Below the pieces are notes generated by a model that did not search any database, was not told the DNA's origin, and worked only from the letters and a program-made list of their open reading frames with translations. A stretch of 48,734 nt of DNA from a virus. Lineage: Duplodnaviria; Heunggongvirae; Uroviricota; Caudoviricetes. Shown here piece by piece: positions 37,623 through 47,068 of this stretch (the stretch's first letter is position 1; each line of letters begins with the position of its first letter). The DNA lies in the IMG/VR virus record IMGVR_UViG_2703718802_000011; one strand, written 5' to 3'. Position numbers and translations under genes: made by a program.

Positions 37623-39349
37623 GCACAAAATTTTATACCCTGCTGACGGATATTGGCGCGGCGAAACTTGCCAGCGCCGCCGCGCTCGGTGTGCCTTTAA
37701 AAATTACCCATATGGCGGTCGGCGATGGCGGCGGAACATTGCCAACGCCGGACGCAAAGCAGACAGCATTGGTAAATGAGAAACGCCGGGCTGCGCTGAA
37801 TATGCTCTATATCGACCCGCAGAACAGCAGCCAGATTATTGCCGAACAGGTGATCCCAGAAAACGAGGGCGGTTGGTGGATACGTGAAGTGGGCCTGTTT
37901 GATGAGTCCGGGGCATTGATTGCCGTGGGCAACTGCCCGGAAAGCTATAAGCCACAACTGGCTGAAGGCAGCGGGCGCACCCAGACCGTGCGCATGGTGC
38001 TGATTACCAGCAGTACGGACAATATCACCCTGAAAATCGACCCTGCTGTCGTGCTGGCAACCCGCCATTATGTAGATCAACAAATAGAAATTCATGAGCA
38101 ATCGCGCCGCCATCCTTCTGCGTCTTTGACAGAAAAGGGATTTGTACGTCTGTATAGCGGTGTGGAAAGCAATGATGAAACAGTCGCTGCAACGCCAAAA
38201 GCAGTGAAAATAGCGATGGATAATGCCAGCGCCAGACTGGCAAAAGACCGCAATGGTTCTGATATTCCCAATCCGGCACTGTTTGTTCAGAATCTGGGAT
38301 TGAAAACGACTGTTGATAAAGCTGCATCAGCGATTCAGCCAGGAGATTATGGAATTGGCCTGGCTTATCTGAAAACCATGGGAACCAAATCGCAATTTTT
38401 TGCTTATGGTACAGCTGTCGGCTATCCAGAAGTGCCAACACATGGTGCTGGTTTCCAGGCCTGTTACAACGACAATCGACGTGCACAAATTTATGTCGCT
38501 AATGATGGCAAGATGTACTGTCGATTCAGCATGTTATCGAAAATTGCCGATGATGAAACACCGTGGAATCAGGTGTTCACCAGTGCACATTATCCAGAAG
38601 CATCAGTGAGTGTTAAAGGAATGGTGCAACTGGGGAACGATGTAAACAGCGTGTCAGAAAATGTTGCGGCGACATTGAAAGCGGTAAAAATTGCGATGGA
38701 CAACGCCAGTGCGAGACTGGCAAAGGACCGCAATGGTGCTGATATTCCTGACCCGACTTTGTTTATTCAGAATCTGGGACTTAAACCGACGGTTGATAAG
38801 GCTGAAAGTGCTCTGCAACAGGGAGCATACGGAATCGGTAGCAATAATAACTACGAAATGGGTGAGGTTTCACAGTTTCTTGCATATTCAGGTAATGCAG
38901 ATGAAGTGCCATCGAATGGTGCAGGTTTTCAGGCTGCGTATAACAAGAACAGACGCGCGCAGATTTTCATCACCGGAGCAGGGGAAATGTATCACCGTTT
39001 CAGCGGCTCTGATACGGTTAAAGACAATACAACACCATGGCGTCGGGGTGTTTGTGAAGATGAATTTTCATTTGGCAGCAATTATCACCGAATAACTGGC
39101 GGTGTGCTGAAGCAGTTTTTTAACAGTTATTTTTCCGGGGCAACTGGTGTGGTGAATAAAGAGTATCAGGTGAATTTTCCGACACCATTTGCCCGTCAGT
39201 GCTGGTACGTGATCCCCGTTTTCCGTTCGCCACACGGTGGGAGTGTTGAGGGTGTCGCCATTACAGCTATTACTGCAACTGGCTTTACTCTGAGCATCAC
39301 CGGAGATAACGGTGGATGGAATATTGGGTTTATTGCGGAGGGGGTCTGA
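37619..39349 (+). CDS. H: Tail fiber protein H, with an internal duplicated module
   Basis: 576 aa; conserved N-terminus; contains two diverged copies of an approximately 160-aa module. Confidence 0.8.
   Translation: MSTKFYTLLTDIGAAKLASAAALGVPLKITHMAVGDGGGTLPTPDAKQTALVNEKRRAALNMLYIDPQNSSQIIAEQVIPENEGGWWIREVGLFDESGALIAVGNCPESYKPQLAEGSGRTQTVRMVLITSSTDNITLKIDPAVVLATRHYVDQQIEIHEQSRRHPSASLTEKGFVRLYSGVESNDETVAATPKAVKIAMDNASARLAKDRNGSDIPNPALFVQNLGLKTTVDKAASAIQPGDYGIGLAYLKTMGTKSQFFAYGTAVGYPEVPTHGAGFQACYNDNRRAQIYVANDGKMYCRFSMLSKIADDETPWNQVFTSAHYPEASVSVKGMVQLGNDVNSVSENVAATLKAVKIAMDNASARLAKDRNGADIPDPTLFIQNLGLKPTVDKAESALQQGAYGIGSNNNYEMGEVSQFLAYSGNADEVPSNGAGFQAAYNKNRRAQIFITGAGEMYHRFSGSDTVKDNTTPWRRGVCEDEFSFGSNYHRITGGVLKQFFNSYFSGATGVVNKEYQVNFPTPFARQCWYVIPVFRSPHGGSVEGVAITAITATGFTLSITGDNGGWNIGFIAEGV
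38135..39060 (+). repeat. Internal tandem duplication (2 x about 480 nt, diverged) within tail fiber gene H
   Basis: Protein copies '..VAATPKAVKIAMDNASARLAKDRNGSDIPNPALFVQNLGLKTTVDKA..GAGFQACYNDNRRAQIYV' and '..VAATLKAVKIAMDNASARLAKDRNGADIPDPTLFIQNLGLKPTVDKA..GAGFQAAYNKNRRAQIFI' at a 160-aa offset. Confidence 0.75.
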
Positions 39350-39783
39350 TGAGTTATTTTTACAGTCCATCAAGAAATGCATTTTATAACAGTGAACTGA
39401 AATCTGATTATTACGATGCTCTCGATGCGTGGCCGGATGACTGTATTGAGGTAAGTGATGCAGTCTATCAGGAGTTTTATCTTGGTTATCGGGAAGGGTA
39501 CAAAATGGTTGCAGGCACTGATAACCAGCCATCATGGGAAGAACGTCCACCATTGACCCATGAGGAACAGGTGGAACAGGCAGAAATGATGAAACAGATG
39601 CGCATTAATGAGGCTAACAACCTGATTAATGAAAAACAATGGCCATCAAAATTACAGCTTGGCAGGCTGAACGAAATGGAGACAACCAGATTTAATGCGA
39701 TGCTGGATTATCTTGAGTTACTTGAAAATATTAATGTAAGTGATGCCCCGGATATAGTCTGGCCTTTATCACCAGAAGTCTGA
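39349..39783 (+). CDS. G: Tail fiber assembly protein G
   Basis: ATG 39349 overlaps the H stop (TGATG); 144 aa. Confidence 0.7.
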   Translation: MSYFYSPSRNAFYNSELKSDYYDALDAWPDDCIEVSDAVYQEFYLGYREGYKMVAGTDNQPSWEERPPLTHEEQVEQAEMMKQMRINEANNLINEKQWPSKLQLGRLNEMETTRFNAMLDYLELLENINVSDAPDIVWPLSPEV

Positions 39784-39788
39784 ATACA

Positions 39789-39806
39789 TCCCCGCGTCTG
39801 CGGGGA
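39789..39806 (+). terminator. Hairpin after G (tccccgc / gcgggga)
   Basis: 7-bp GC-rich stem with 4-nt loop followed by a T-containing stretch; tentative. Confidence 0.35.
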
Positions 39807-39822
39807 TTCCTGTATCCGCCGT

Positions 39823-39840
39823 TGTGCCATTTTTCATACA
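39823..39840. promoter_or_regulatory. Late-promoter activator site TGT-N12-ACA upstream of FI
   Basis: TGTgccatttttcatACA, 76 bp upstream of the FI ATG. Confidence 0.65.
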
Positions 39841-39915
39841 AACCACATAACGTGCATCCTGCTCGTATCAACCAGAACATAGGCAGACCCCCTCTACTAC
39901 CGGAGAGACTGCCTT

Positions 39916-41088
39916 ATGGCTCAGGATTACCACCACGGGGTGCGCGTTGTTGAAGTCAACGAAGGCACCCGATCCATTACCACGGTGAGCACCGCCATCG
40001 TGGGTATGGTCTGCACGGGCGATGATGCCGATGCAAAAATGTTTCCTCTTAACAAACCTGTGCTGATCACTGATGTGCTGACTGCCAGCGGTAAAGCGGG
40101 TGAGTCCGGCACGCTGGCCCGTTCGCTGGATGCCATCGCTGACCAGGCAAAACCCGTGACCGTTGTTGTGCGTGTGCCGCAGGGGGAAACGGAAGACGAA
40201 ACCACGACTAATATCATCGGCGCAGTGACCGCTGAAGGTAAAAAAACTGGCATGAAAGCCCTGTTATCTGCCCAGTCACAGCTCGGGGTGAAACCGCGCA
40301 TTCTGGGTGTACCAGGTCACGACACCAAGGCGGTAGCTACTGAGTTGCTGAGCGTGGCGCAAAGCCTGCGTGGGTTTGCTTACCTGTCAGCGTATGGCTG
40401 CAAGACGGTGCAGGAGGCGCTCACTTACCGTGAAAACTTCAGCCAGCGAGAAGGGATGCTGATTTGGCCTGACTTTACTGGCTGGGACACGGTGTTGAAT
40501 GCTGAAGCAACGGCATATGCCACCGCCCGTGCGCTTGGTCTGCGCGCCAAAATTGATGAGCAGACCGGATGGCACAAAAGCCTGTCCAACGTGGGCGTGA
40601 ACGGTGTCACCGGAATTTCTGCAGATGTGTTCTGGGATCTGCAGGGCCCGGCAACAGATGCAGGTCTGCTGAACCAGAACGACGTCACCACGCTTATCCG
40701 TAAAGACGGTTTCCGCTTCTGGGGTTCCCGCTGCCTGAGTGATGACCCGCTCTTTGCCTTCGAAAACTACACCCGCACGGCGCAGGTACTGATGGACACG
40801 ATGGCAGAAGCGCATATGTGGGCGGTGGACAAACCGCTGAACCCGTCGCTGGCCCGCGACATTATCGAAGGTATCCGCGCCAAAATGCGCAGCCTGGTCA
40901 GTCAGGGCTATCTCATTGGTGGTGATTGCTGGCTGGACGAGTCGGTGAATGACAAAGACACGCTGAAAGCCGGAAAACTCACCATCGACTATGACTACAC
41001 GCCAGTGCCGCCACTTGAAAATCTGATGCTGCGTCAGCGCATCACCGATCAGTACCTGGTGAATTTTGCCAGCCAGGTCAGCGCGTAA
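39916..41088 (+). CDS. FI: Tail sheath protein FI
   Basis: 390 aa (P2 FI is about 396), first gene of the FI-FII-E-T-U-D operon. Confidence 0.85.
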   Translation: MAQDYHHGVRVVEVNEGTRSITTVSTAIVGMVCTGDDADAKMFPLNKPVLITDVLTASGKAGESGTLARSLDAIADQAKPVTVVVRVPQGETEDETTTNIIGAVTAEGKKTGMKALLSAQSQLGVKPRILGVPGHDTKAVATELLSVAQSLRGFAYLSAYGCKTVQEALTYRENFSQREGMLIWPDFTGWDTVLNAEATAYATARALGLRAKIDEQTGWHKSLSNVGVNGVTGISADVFWDLQGPATDAGLLNQNDVTTLIRKDGFRFWGSRCLSDDPLFAFENYTRTAQVLMDTMAEAHMWAVDKPLNPSLARDIIEGIRAKMRSLVSQGYLIGGDCWLDESVNDKDTLKAGKLTIDYDYTPVPPLENLMLRQRITDQYLVNFASQVSA

Positions 41089-41097
41089 GGGGACAAC

Positions 41098-41613
41098 ATG
41101 GCTTTACCACGCAAATTAAAACATCTGAACCTGTTTAACGACGGGAACAACTGGCAGGGGATCGTAGAGTCTCTGACGCTGCCGAAATTCACCCGCAAAT
41201 ATGAGAAGTATCGCGGCGGCGGAATGCCGGGTGCAGTGGATGTGGATCTGGGGCTGGATGACGGCGCACTGGATACGGAATTTTCCATTGGTGGTACTGA
41301 ACTGCTGCTGTTTAAGCAGATGGGCAAAGCCACGGTGGATGGTATCCAGTTGCGCTTTACCGGCTCTATCCAGCGTGACGATACCGGGGAAGTGCAGGCC
41401 GTGGAGCTTGTGGTGCGTGGACGTCACAAAGAAGTGGATTCCGGCGAGTGGAAGACGGGCGAAAGCAACACCACCAAAGTGACCAGTACCAACAGCTACG
41501 CGAAGCTGACTATAAATGGTGAGGTGCTCTATGAAGTGGACCTTATCAACATGGTGGAAATTGTGGACGGTGTGGACCTGATGGAAGCGCACCGCAACGC
41601 CCTCGGCCTCTGA
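41098..41613 (+). CDS. FII: Tail tube protein FII
   Basis: 171 aa (P2 FII is about 172). Confidence 0.85.
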   Translation: MALPRKLKHLNLFNDGNNWQGIVESLTLPKFTRKYEKYRGGGMPGAVDVDLGLDDGALDTEFSIGGTELLLFKQMGKATVDGIQLRFTGSIQRDDTGEVQAVELVVRGRHKEVDSGEWKTGESNTTKVTSTNSYAKLTINGEVLYEVDLINMVEIVDGVDLMEAHRNALGL

Positions 41614-41667
41614 TGTATCTGAACGGCGCGGGATACCGCGCCAGAACCCAATTTACAGGACAGCAAA

Positions 41668-41970
41668 ATGAGCGATAAGCAGACTGAAAAGACTATTCAA
41701 CTGGATACCCCCATCAAGCGCGGTAAAACAGAAATCACCGAAATTGTGCTGCGTAAACCGCAGTCCGGTGCGCTGCGCGGTACACGCCTGCAGGCCATTA
41801 TGGATATGGATGTGAACGCGATGATGACCGTGATCCCCCGCATCTCCAGTCCGGCACTGACTGCACAGGAAATTGCAGAGATGGACCCGGCAGATCTCAC
41901 TGCCATGTCGGTTGAGGTTGTCACTTTTTTGTTGAAGAAGTCGGTGCTTGCCGGTTTACCGACAGCCTGA
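41668..41970 (+). CDS. E: Tail assembly chaperone E
   Basis: 100-aa ORF containing the slippery heptamer TTTTTTG (41925-41931) near its 3' end. Confidence 0.75.
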   Translation: MSDKQTEKTIQLDTPIKRGKTEITEIVLRKPQSGALRGTRLQAIMDMDVNAMMTVIPRISSPALTAQEIAEMDPADLTAMSVEVVTFLLKKSVLAGLPTA

Positions 41971-42104
41971 CGGTTGACGATCTGGTGGCTGATATCGCCA
42001 CCATCTTTCACTGGCCGCCATCCGTTACTGACGTTATGCCGCTGACCGAAGTGCTGGAATGGCGGTATAAAGCGATTCAGAGAAGCGGGGCCAACGATGA
42101 GTGA
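41668..42104 (+). CDS. E+E': E+E' tail chaperone produced by -1 programmed frameshift at TTTTTTG
   Basis: Hand translation of the -1 frame from 41931 gives 57 sense codons with no stop until TGA 42102-42104, overlapping the T start; product about 143 aa, as for P2 E+E'. Confidence 0.65.
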
Positions 42105-45100
42105 TAATAACCTGCGCCTGCAGGTCATTCTTAATGCGGTTGACAAACTCACCCGCCCATTCCGTGCTGCACAGGCCAGTTCGAAAGAGCTGGCTGGCGC
42201 AATTCAGAATACCCGAAACAGCCTCAAAGAACTGAATAAGCAGGCTGGCAGAATTGATGAATTTCGCAAGACGCGCTCGCAACTAGCCATAACAGCCAAC
42301 AACCTGAACGCAGCCCGCGAAGAGGCGGCAAAACTCGCCACACAATTTGCTGCCACTAACAGGCCAACCGCCGCGCAGGCAAAGTTATTCAGTCAGGCCA
42401 AAACACGAGTACAGGAACTTCAGCAGACCTATAACGGCTTGTTGGGGGCGGTCCAGAGACAACGTCAGGCACTTAAAGAATCAGGGATTGATACCAGACA
42501 ACTCAGTAGTGCCCAGCGAGAACTTAAGAAAAATGCCGAAGAAACTCGTCAGGCACTGGAGGGCCAGCAAAAAGCACTTAAACGTCTGGGTGAACAACAG
42601 GCACGGATGAACGCTGCCAGAGAACAATACTCAAGACGGCTTGAAGTGCGCGATCGCATCGCAGGAGCCGGAGCCACCACCACGGCTGCAGGGCTGGCAA
42701 TGGGCGCGCCAGTGATGGCGGCGGTAAAAAGCTATACCAGCATGGAAGATGCCATGAAAGGTGTGGCAAAGCAGGTCAATGGTCTGCGTGACGATAATGG
42801 CAACCGCACTGCGCGTTTTTACGAAATGCAGGATGCCATCAAAGCTGCCAGTGAACAGCTGCCAATGGAAAACGGTGCTGTGGACTTCGCCGCACTGGTT
42901 GAAGGTGGTGCGCGCATGAATGTGGCAAACCCTGACGACAGCTGGGAGGACCAGAAACGTGACCTGCTGGCCTTCGCCAGTACGGCAGCAAAGGCGGCAA
43001 CAGCCTTTGAGCTGCCAGCGGATGAACTGTCAGAAAGTCTGGGGAAAATCGCCCAGCTCTACAAAATACCAACCCGCAATATTGAACAGCTCGGTGATGC
43101 GCTGAACTATCTGGATGATAACGCTATGTCGAAAGGGGCAGACATCATTGATGTCATGCAACGCCTGGGCGGTGTGGCTGATCGTCTGGATTATCGTAAA
43201 GCGGCGGCGCTGGGTTCCACCTTCCTGACACTGGGTGCTGCGCCGGAGGTCGCTGCCAGTGCTGCCAACGCGATGGTGCGTGAATTGTCCATTGCCACCA
43301 TGCAAAGCAAGAGTTTCTTTGAAGGAATGAATCTGCTGAAACTCAATCCTGAAGTGATTGAAAAGCAGATGACGAAGGATGCGATGGGAACTATCCAGCG
43401 CGTACTGGAGAAGGTGAACGCACTGCCGCAGGATAAGCGCCTGTCTGCCATGACCATGTTGTTTGGTAAAGAGTTTGGCGATGATGCGGCGAAACTGGCA
43501 AACAACCTGCCGGAACTGCAGCGCCAGCTAAAACTGACAGCTGGCAATGATGCGCTCGGTTCGATGCAGAAAGAATCCGACATTAACAAGGACTCACTTT
43601 CTGCGCAGTGGTTGCTGGTCAAAACCGGAGCGCAGAACACCTTCAGCAGCCTGGGCGAAACGCTGCGCCAGCCGCTGATGGATATTCTGTACACGGTGAA
43701 AAGCATCACGGGGGCGTTGCGTCGCTGGGTGGAAGCTAACCCTGAACTGACGGGCACACTGATGAAAGTAGCAGCGGTTGTGGCTGCTGTTACTGTGGGC
43801 CTCGGCACCCTGGCTGTGGTGTTGGCTGCTGTGCTGGGACCGCTGGCAGTCATCCGTCTGGGATTCTCTGTGCTGGGTATCAAAACGTTACCTTCCGTTA
43901 CGGCAGCAGTAACGCGAACCAGCAGCGCGTTGTCCTGGTTGGCTGGCGCACCACTTGCACTGCTGCGACGCGGGCTTGCTTCATCGGGCAACGCCGCAGG
44001 TTTACTTACTGCGCCGTTGTCGTCTTTGCGCCGCACGGCATCACTGACGGGAAATGTCCTGAAAACTGTAGCAGGTGCGCCGGTTGCACTTTTGCGGTCT
44101 GGATTATCCGGTTTACGTGCTGTTGCTGTGATGTTTATGAATCCTCTGGCGGTACTGCGCGGTGGACTGGCCTCCGCAGGCACGGTGCTGCGAGTACTGG
44201 CATCTGGTCCACTGGCGATGCTGCGCGTTGCCCTGTATGCCGTATCTGGTCTGTTAGGTGCTCTGCTCAGTCCGATAGGTCTTGTGGTTACTGCACTGGC
44301 GGGCGTGGCGCTGGTTGTCTGGAAATACTGGCAACCCATCACCGCATTTCTTGGTGGCGTGGTGGAAGGATTCAAAGCGGCGGCAGGTCCCGTCAGTGCA
44401 GCATTCGAAGCGCTTAAGCCCGTGTTCCAGTGGATTGGCGACAAAGTACAGGCGCTGTGGGGCTGGTTTACTGATCTGCTGACGCCCGTTAAGTCGACCT
44501 CTGCCGAACTGCAGAGTGCAGCGGCAATGGGGCGGCGATTCGGGGAGGCACTGGCGGAAGGGCTGAATATGGTCATGCATCCGCTGGACTCCCTGAAATC
44601 CGGCGTTTCCTGGTTGCTGGAGAAACTCGGCATTGTCAGTAAAGAGGCTGCAAAGGCGAAACTGCCGGAAAGAGTGACGCGTCAGCAACCTGCGACGGTG
44701 AATGCAGACGGTAAAGTGATGATGCCATCGGGGGGGGTTCCGTCATGGGGATATGGCTTTGCGGGGATGTATGACAGCGGCGGCTATATCCCGCGCGGGC
44801 AGTTTGGCATCGTCGGTGAAAACGGGCCGGAAATTGTTAACGGCCCGGCAAATGTGACCAGCCGGAGAAATACAGCTGCACTGGCTGCCGTTGTTGCCGG
44901 AATGATGGGCGTTGCTGCCGCGCCTGCAGAGCTTCCACCGTTGCATCCTTTGGCACTTCCCGCGAAAGGCGACGAAGCGATGGTGAGTCGTGCAGCCACT
45001 GTGCCGCCCGTTCACCGGATTGAGGCACCGACGCAGATCATCATTCAGACGCAGCCAGGACAAAGTGCGCAGGATATTGCGCGGGAGGTGGCACGCCAGC

Positions 45101-45174
45101 TTGATGAACGTGAACGCAGGCTGAAGGCAAAAGCCAGGAGTAACTACAGCGATCAGGGGGGATACGACGCATGA
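42097..45174 (+). CDS. T: Tail tape measure protein T
   Basis: 1025 aa, coiled-coil N-terminus and Ala/Gly/Leu-rich repeat region; conserved position. Confidence 0.85.
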   Translation: MSDNNLRLQVILNAVDKLTRPFRAAQASSKELAGAIQNTRNSLKELNKQAGRIDEFRKTRSQLAITANNLNAAREEAAKLATQFAATNRPTAAQAKLFSQAKTRVQELQQTYNGLLGAVQRQRQALKESGIDTRQLSSAQRELKKNAEETRQALEGQQKALKRLGEQQARMNAAREQYSRRLEVRDRIAGAGATTTAAGLAMGAPVMAAVKSYTSMEDAMKGVAKQVNGLRDDNGNRTARFYEMQDAIKAASEQLPMENGAVDFAALVEGGARMNVANPDDSWEDQKRDLLAFASTAAKAATAFELPADELSESLGKIAQLYKIPTRNIEQLGDALNYLDDNAMSKGADIIDVMQRLGGVADRLDYRKAAALGSTFLTLGAAPEVAASAANAMVRELSIATMQSKSFFEGMNLLKLNPEVIEKQMTKDAMGTIQRVLEKVNALPQDKRLSAMTMLFGKEFGDDAAKLANNLPELQRQLKLTAGNDALGSMQKESDINKDSLSAQWLLVKTGAQNTFSSLGETLRQPLMDILYTVKSITGALRRWVEANPELTGTLMKVAAVVAAVTVGLGTLAVVLAAVLGPLAVIRLGFSVLGIKTLPSVTAAVTRTSSALSWLAGAPLALLRRGLASSGNAAGLLTAPLSSLRRTASLTGNVLKTVAGAPVALLRSGLSGLRAVAVMFMNPLAVLRGGLASAGTVLRVLASGPLAMLRVALYAVSGLLGALLSPIGLVVTALAGVALVVWKYWQPITAFLGGVVEGFKAAAGPVSAAFEALKPVFQWIGDKVQALWGWFTDLLTPVKSTSAELQSAAAMGRRFGEALAEGLNMVMHPLDSLKSGVSWLLEKLGIVSKEAAKAKLPERVTRQQPATVNADGKVMMPSGGVPSWGYGFAGMYDSGGYIPRGQFGIVGENGPEIVNGPANVTSRRNTAALAAVVAGMMGVAAAPAELPPLHPLALPAKGDEAMVSRAATVPPVHRIEAPTQIIIQTQPGQSAQDIAREVARQLDERERRLKAKARSNYSDQGGYDA

Positions 45175-45656
45175 TGATGGTGCTGGGATTGTACGTGTTT
45201 ATGCTGCGCACCGTTCCGTATCAGGAACTGCAGTATCAACGCAGCTGGCGACATGCGGCAAACAGCCGGGTAAACCGTCGTCCGTCCACGCAGTTTCTGG
45301 GACCGGACAACGACATGCTGACGCTTTCTGGTGTTCTTATGCCGGAGATAACGGGCGGCAGGCTGTCGTTGCTGGCTCTGGAGCAAATGGCAGAACAGGG
45401 AAAAGCATGGCCCCTGATTGAAGGCAGCGGCACGATTTACGGCATGTATGTGATTGAGGGACTGAATCAGACTAAAACGGAGTTTTTCCGCGATGGTATG
45501 CCGCGCCGGATTGAGTTTACCCTGTCGCTCAAACGGGTGGATGAATCCCTGTCCGATATGTTCGGTGATCTCAGTGCGCAGCTGAATAATTTGCAGGATA
45601 CGGCAACGTCTGCCTTAAGCGATATCAGTAAAACGGTGGGAGGGCTGCTGTCGTGA
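45171..45656 (+). CDS. U: Tail protein U
   Basis: 161 aa (P2 U is about 159); ATG overlaps the T stop. Confidence 0.8.
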   Translation: MMMVLGLYVFMLRTVPYQELQYQRSWRHAANSRVNRRPSTQFLGPDNDMLTLSGVLMPEITGGRLSLLALEQMAEQGKAWPLIEGSGTIYGMYVIEGLNQTKTEFFRDGMPRRIEFTLSLKRVDESLSDMFGDLSAQLNNLQDTATSALSDISKTVGGLLS

Positions 45657-46753
45657 ATTTCAGCTCTGAACTGCTTAACAAAGGCGACAAAACTCCCGCA
45701 TTCAGCATCAGTATTGAGGGGAAGGATATCACCACTGTGCTGGACAAACGCCTGATGGGGCTTACGCTGACGGATAACCGGGGCTTTGAAGCGGACCAGC
45801 TTGATCTGGAGCTGGACGACGTCGACGGAAAAATCGTGCTGCCGCGCCGTGGTGCGGTCATTACGCTGGCGCTGGGTTGGAAGGGGCAGCCGCTTTTCCC
45901 GAAAGGGGCATTCACGGTGGACGAGATTGAACACACTGGCGCACCGGACCGCCTGACTATCCGGGCGCGAAGTGCTGATTTTCGGGAAACGCTGAATACC
46001 CGCCGTGAAAAATCGTGGCATAACACCACCATCGGGGAAGTGGTGAAGGAAATAGCCGCGCGGCACAAGCTGAAGATGGCACTGGGTAAAGACCTGTCGG
46101 ATAAGCCCGTGGAGCATATAGACCAGACTAATGAGAGTGACGGCAGTTTTTTGATGCGGCTGGCGCGCCAGTACGGTGCCATTGCATCGGTGAAAAATGG
46201 CAATCTGTTATTCATCCGGCAGGGACAGGGCAAAAGCGCCAGCGGTAAACCACTGCCGGTGATTACTATCACACGTAAGGACGGCGACAGTCACCGCTTT
46301 ACCCTGGCAGATCGCGGAGCTTACACGGGGGTAATTGCCAGCTGGTTGCATACCCGCGAACCCGCGAAGAAAGAAAGCACTACGGTGAAGCGTAAGCGCA
46401 GGACTAAGAAGCAGAAGAAAGAGCCGGAAGCGAAGCAGGGCGATTACCTGGTGGGGACGGATGAAAACGTGCTGGTACTTAATCGCACTTATGCCAACCG
46501 GAGCAACGCTGAACGGGCAGCGAAAATGCAGTGGGAACGCCTGCAACGTGGCGTTGCGTCATTCTCGCTACAACTGGCGGAAGGGCGGGCAGATCTCTAC
46601 ACGGAAATGCCTGTGAAGGTCAGTGGTTTTAAACAGCCAATAGATGATGCGGAATGGACCATTACGACTCTGACACATACCGTCAGCCCGGATAACGGTT
46701 TTACAACCAGTATTGAACTCGAAGTGAAGATTTATGATCTTGAAATGGAATAA
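45653..46753 (+). CDS. D: Tail protein D (late control gene D)
   Basis: 366 aa; GTG start overlapping the U stop; conserved position before ogr. Confidence 0.8.
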   Translation: MNFSSELLNKGDKTPAFSISIEGKDITTVLDKRLMGLTLTDNRGFEADQLDLELDDVDGKIVLPRRGAVITLALGWKGQPLFPKGAFTVDEIEHTGAPDRLTIRARSADFRETLNTRREKSWHNTTIGEVVKEIAARHKLKMALGKDLSDKPVEHIDQTNESDGSFLMRLARQYGAIASVKNGNLLFIRQGQGKSASGKPLPVITITRKDGDSHRFTLADRGAYTGVIASWLHTREPAKKESTTVKRKRRTKKQKKEPEAKQGDYLVGTDENVLVLNRTYANRSNAERAAKMQWERLQRGVASFSLQLAEGRADLYTEMPVKVSGFKQPIDDAEWTITTLTHTVSPDNGFTTSIELEVKIYDLEME

Positions 46754-46821
46754 AGTGTTCTCAATATTGATACTTTGTGTATCATTACAATGATTCTGAT
46801 AGCAAAGGTAGGGATCTGGAT

Positions 46822-47040
46822 ATGATGAATTGTCCAAAGTGTGGTCATGCGGCACACACAAGGAGCAGTTTTCAAGTAACTGAAAGCACCAAAGAGCGTT
46901 ACTGCCAGTGCCAAAATATTAACTGCGGGAGCACTTTTGTTACCCATGAAACAGTGGTCCGGTTTATTGTGACACCCGCACTGATTGCTACTGCTCCTCC
47001 ACATCCATTGCCAGGTGGTCAGGGGCATATGAATTTTTGA
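46822..47040 (+). CDS. ogr: Ogr/Delta-type zinc-finger late transcription activator
   Basis: 72 aa from ATG 46822; 'CPKCGHAAHTRSS...KERYCQCQNINCGSTF' is the Ogr-type Cys4 zinc finger; followed by 'PHPLPGGQ'. Confidence 0.85.
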   Translation: MMNCPKCGHAAHTRSSFQVTESTKERYCQCQNINCGSTFVTHETVVRFIVTPALIATAPPHPLPGGQGHMNF

Positions 47041-47047
47041 GAAAGAG

Positions 47048-47068
47048 AACCTGCTACGGCAGGTTTTT
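47048..47068 (+). terminator. Rho-independent terminator after ogr
   Basis: Stem aacctgc/gcaggtt with loop tacg, followed by TTTTTAT. Confidence 0.6.

Noticed and set aside
41624-41643. Hairpin (ggcgcg/cgcgcc) after FII as a terminator
   Set aside because: Short GC stem without a U-tract; FII and E are co-transcribed in P2-like phages.
43191-44633. 480-aa antisense ORF inside the tape-measure gene
   Set aside because: Ser/Ala/Pro/Arg-rich low-complexity translation opposite the repeat-rich T gene; no start context; frame artefact.
45467-46272. Antisense ORFs (216 and 215 aa) within U/D
   Set aside because: Overlap strongly supported synteny-defined late genes on the other strand; no independent support.
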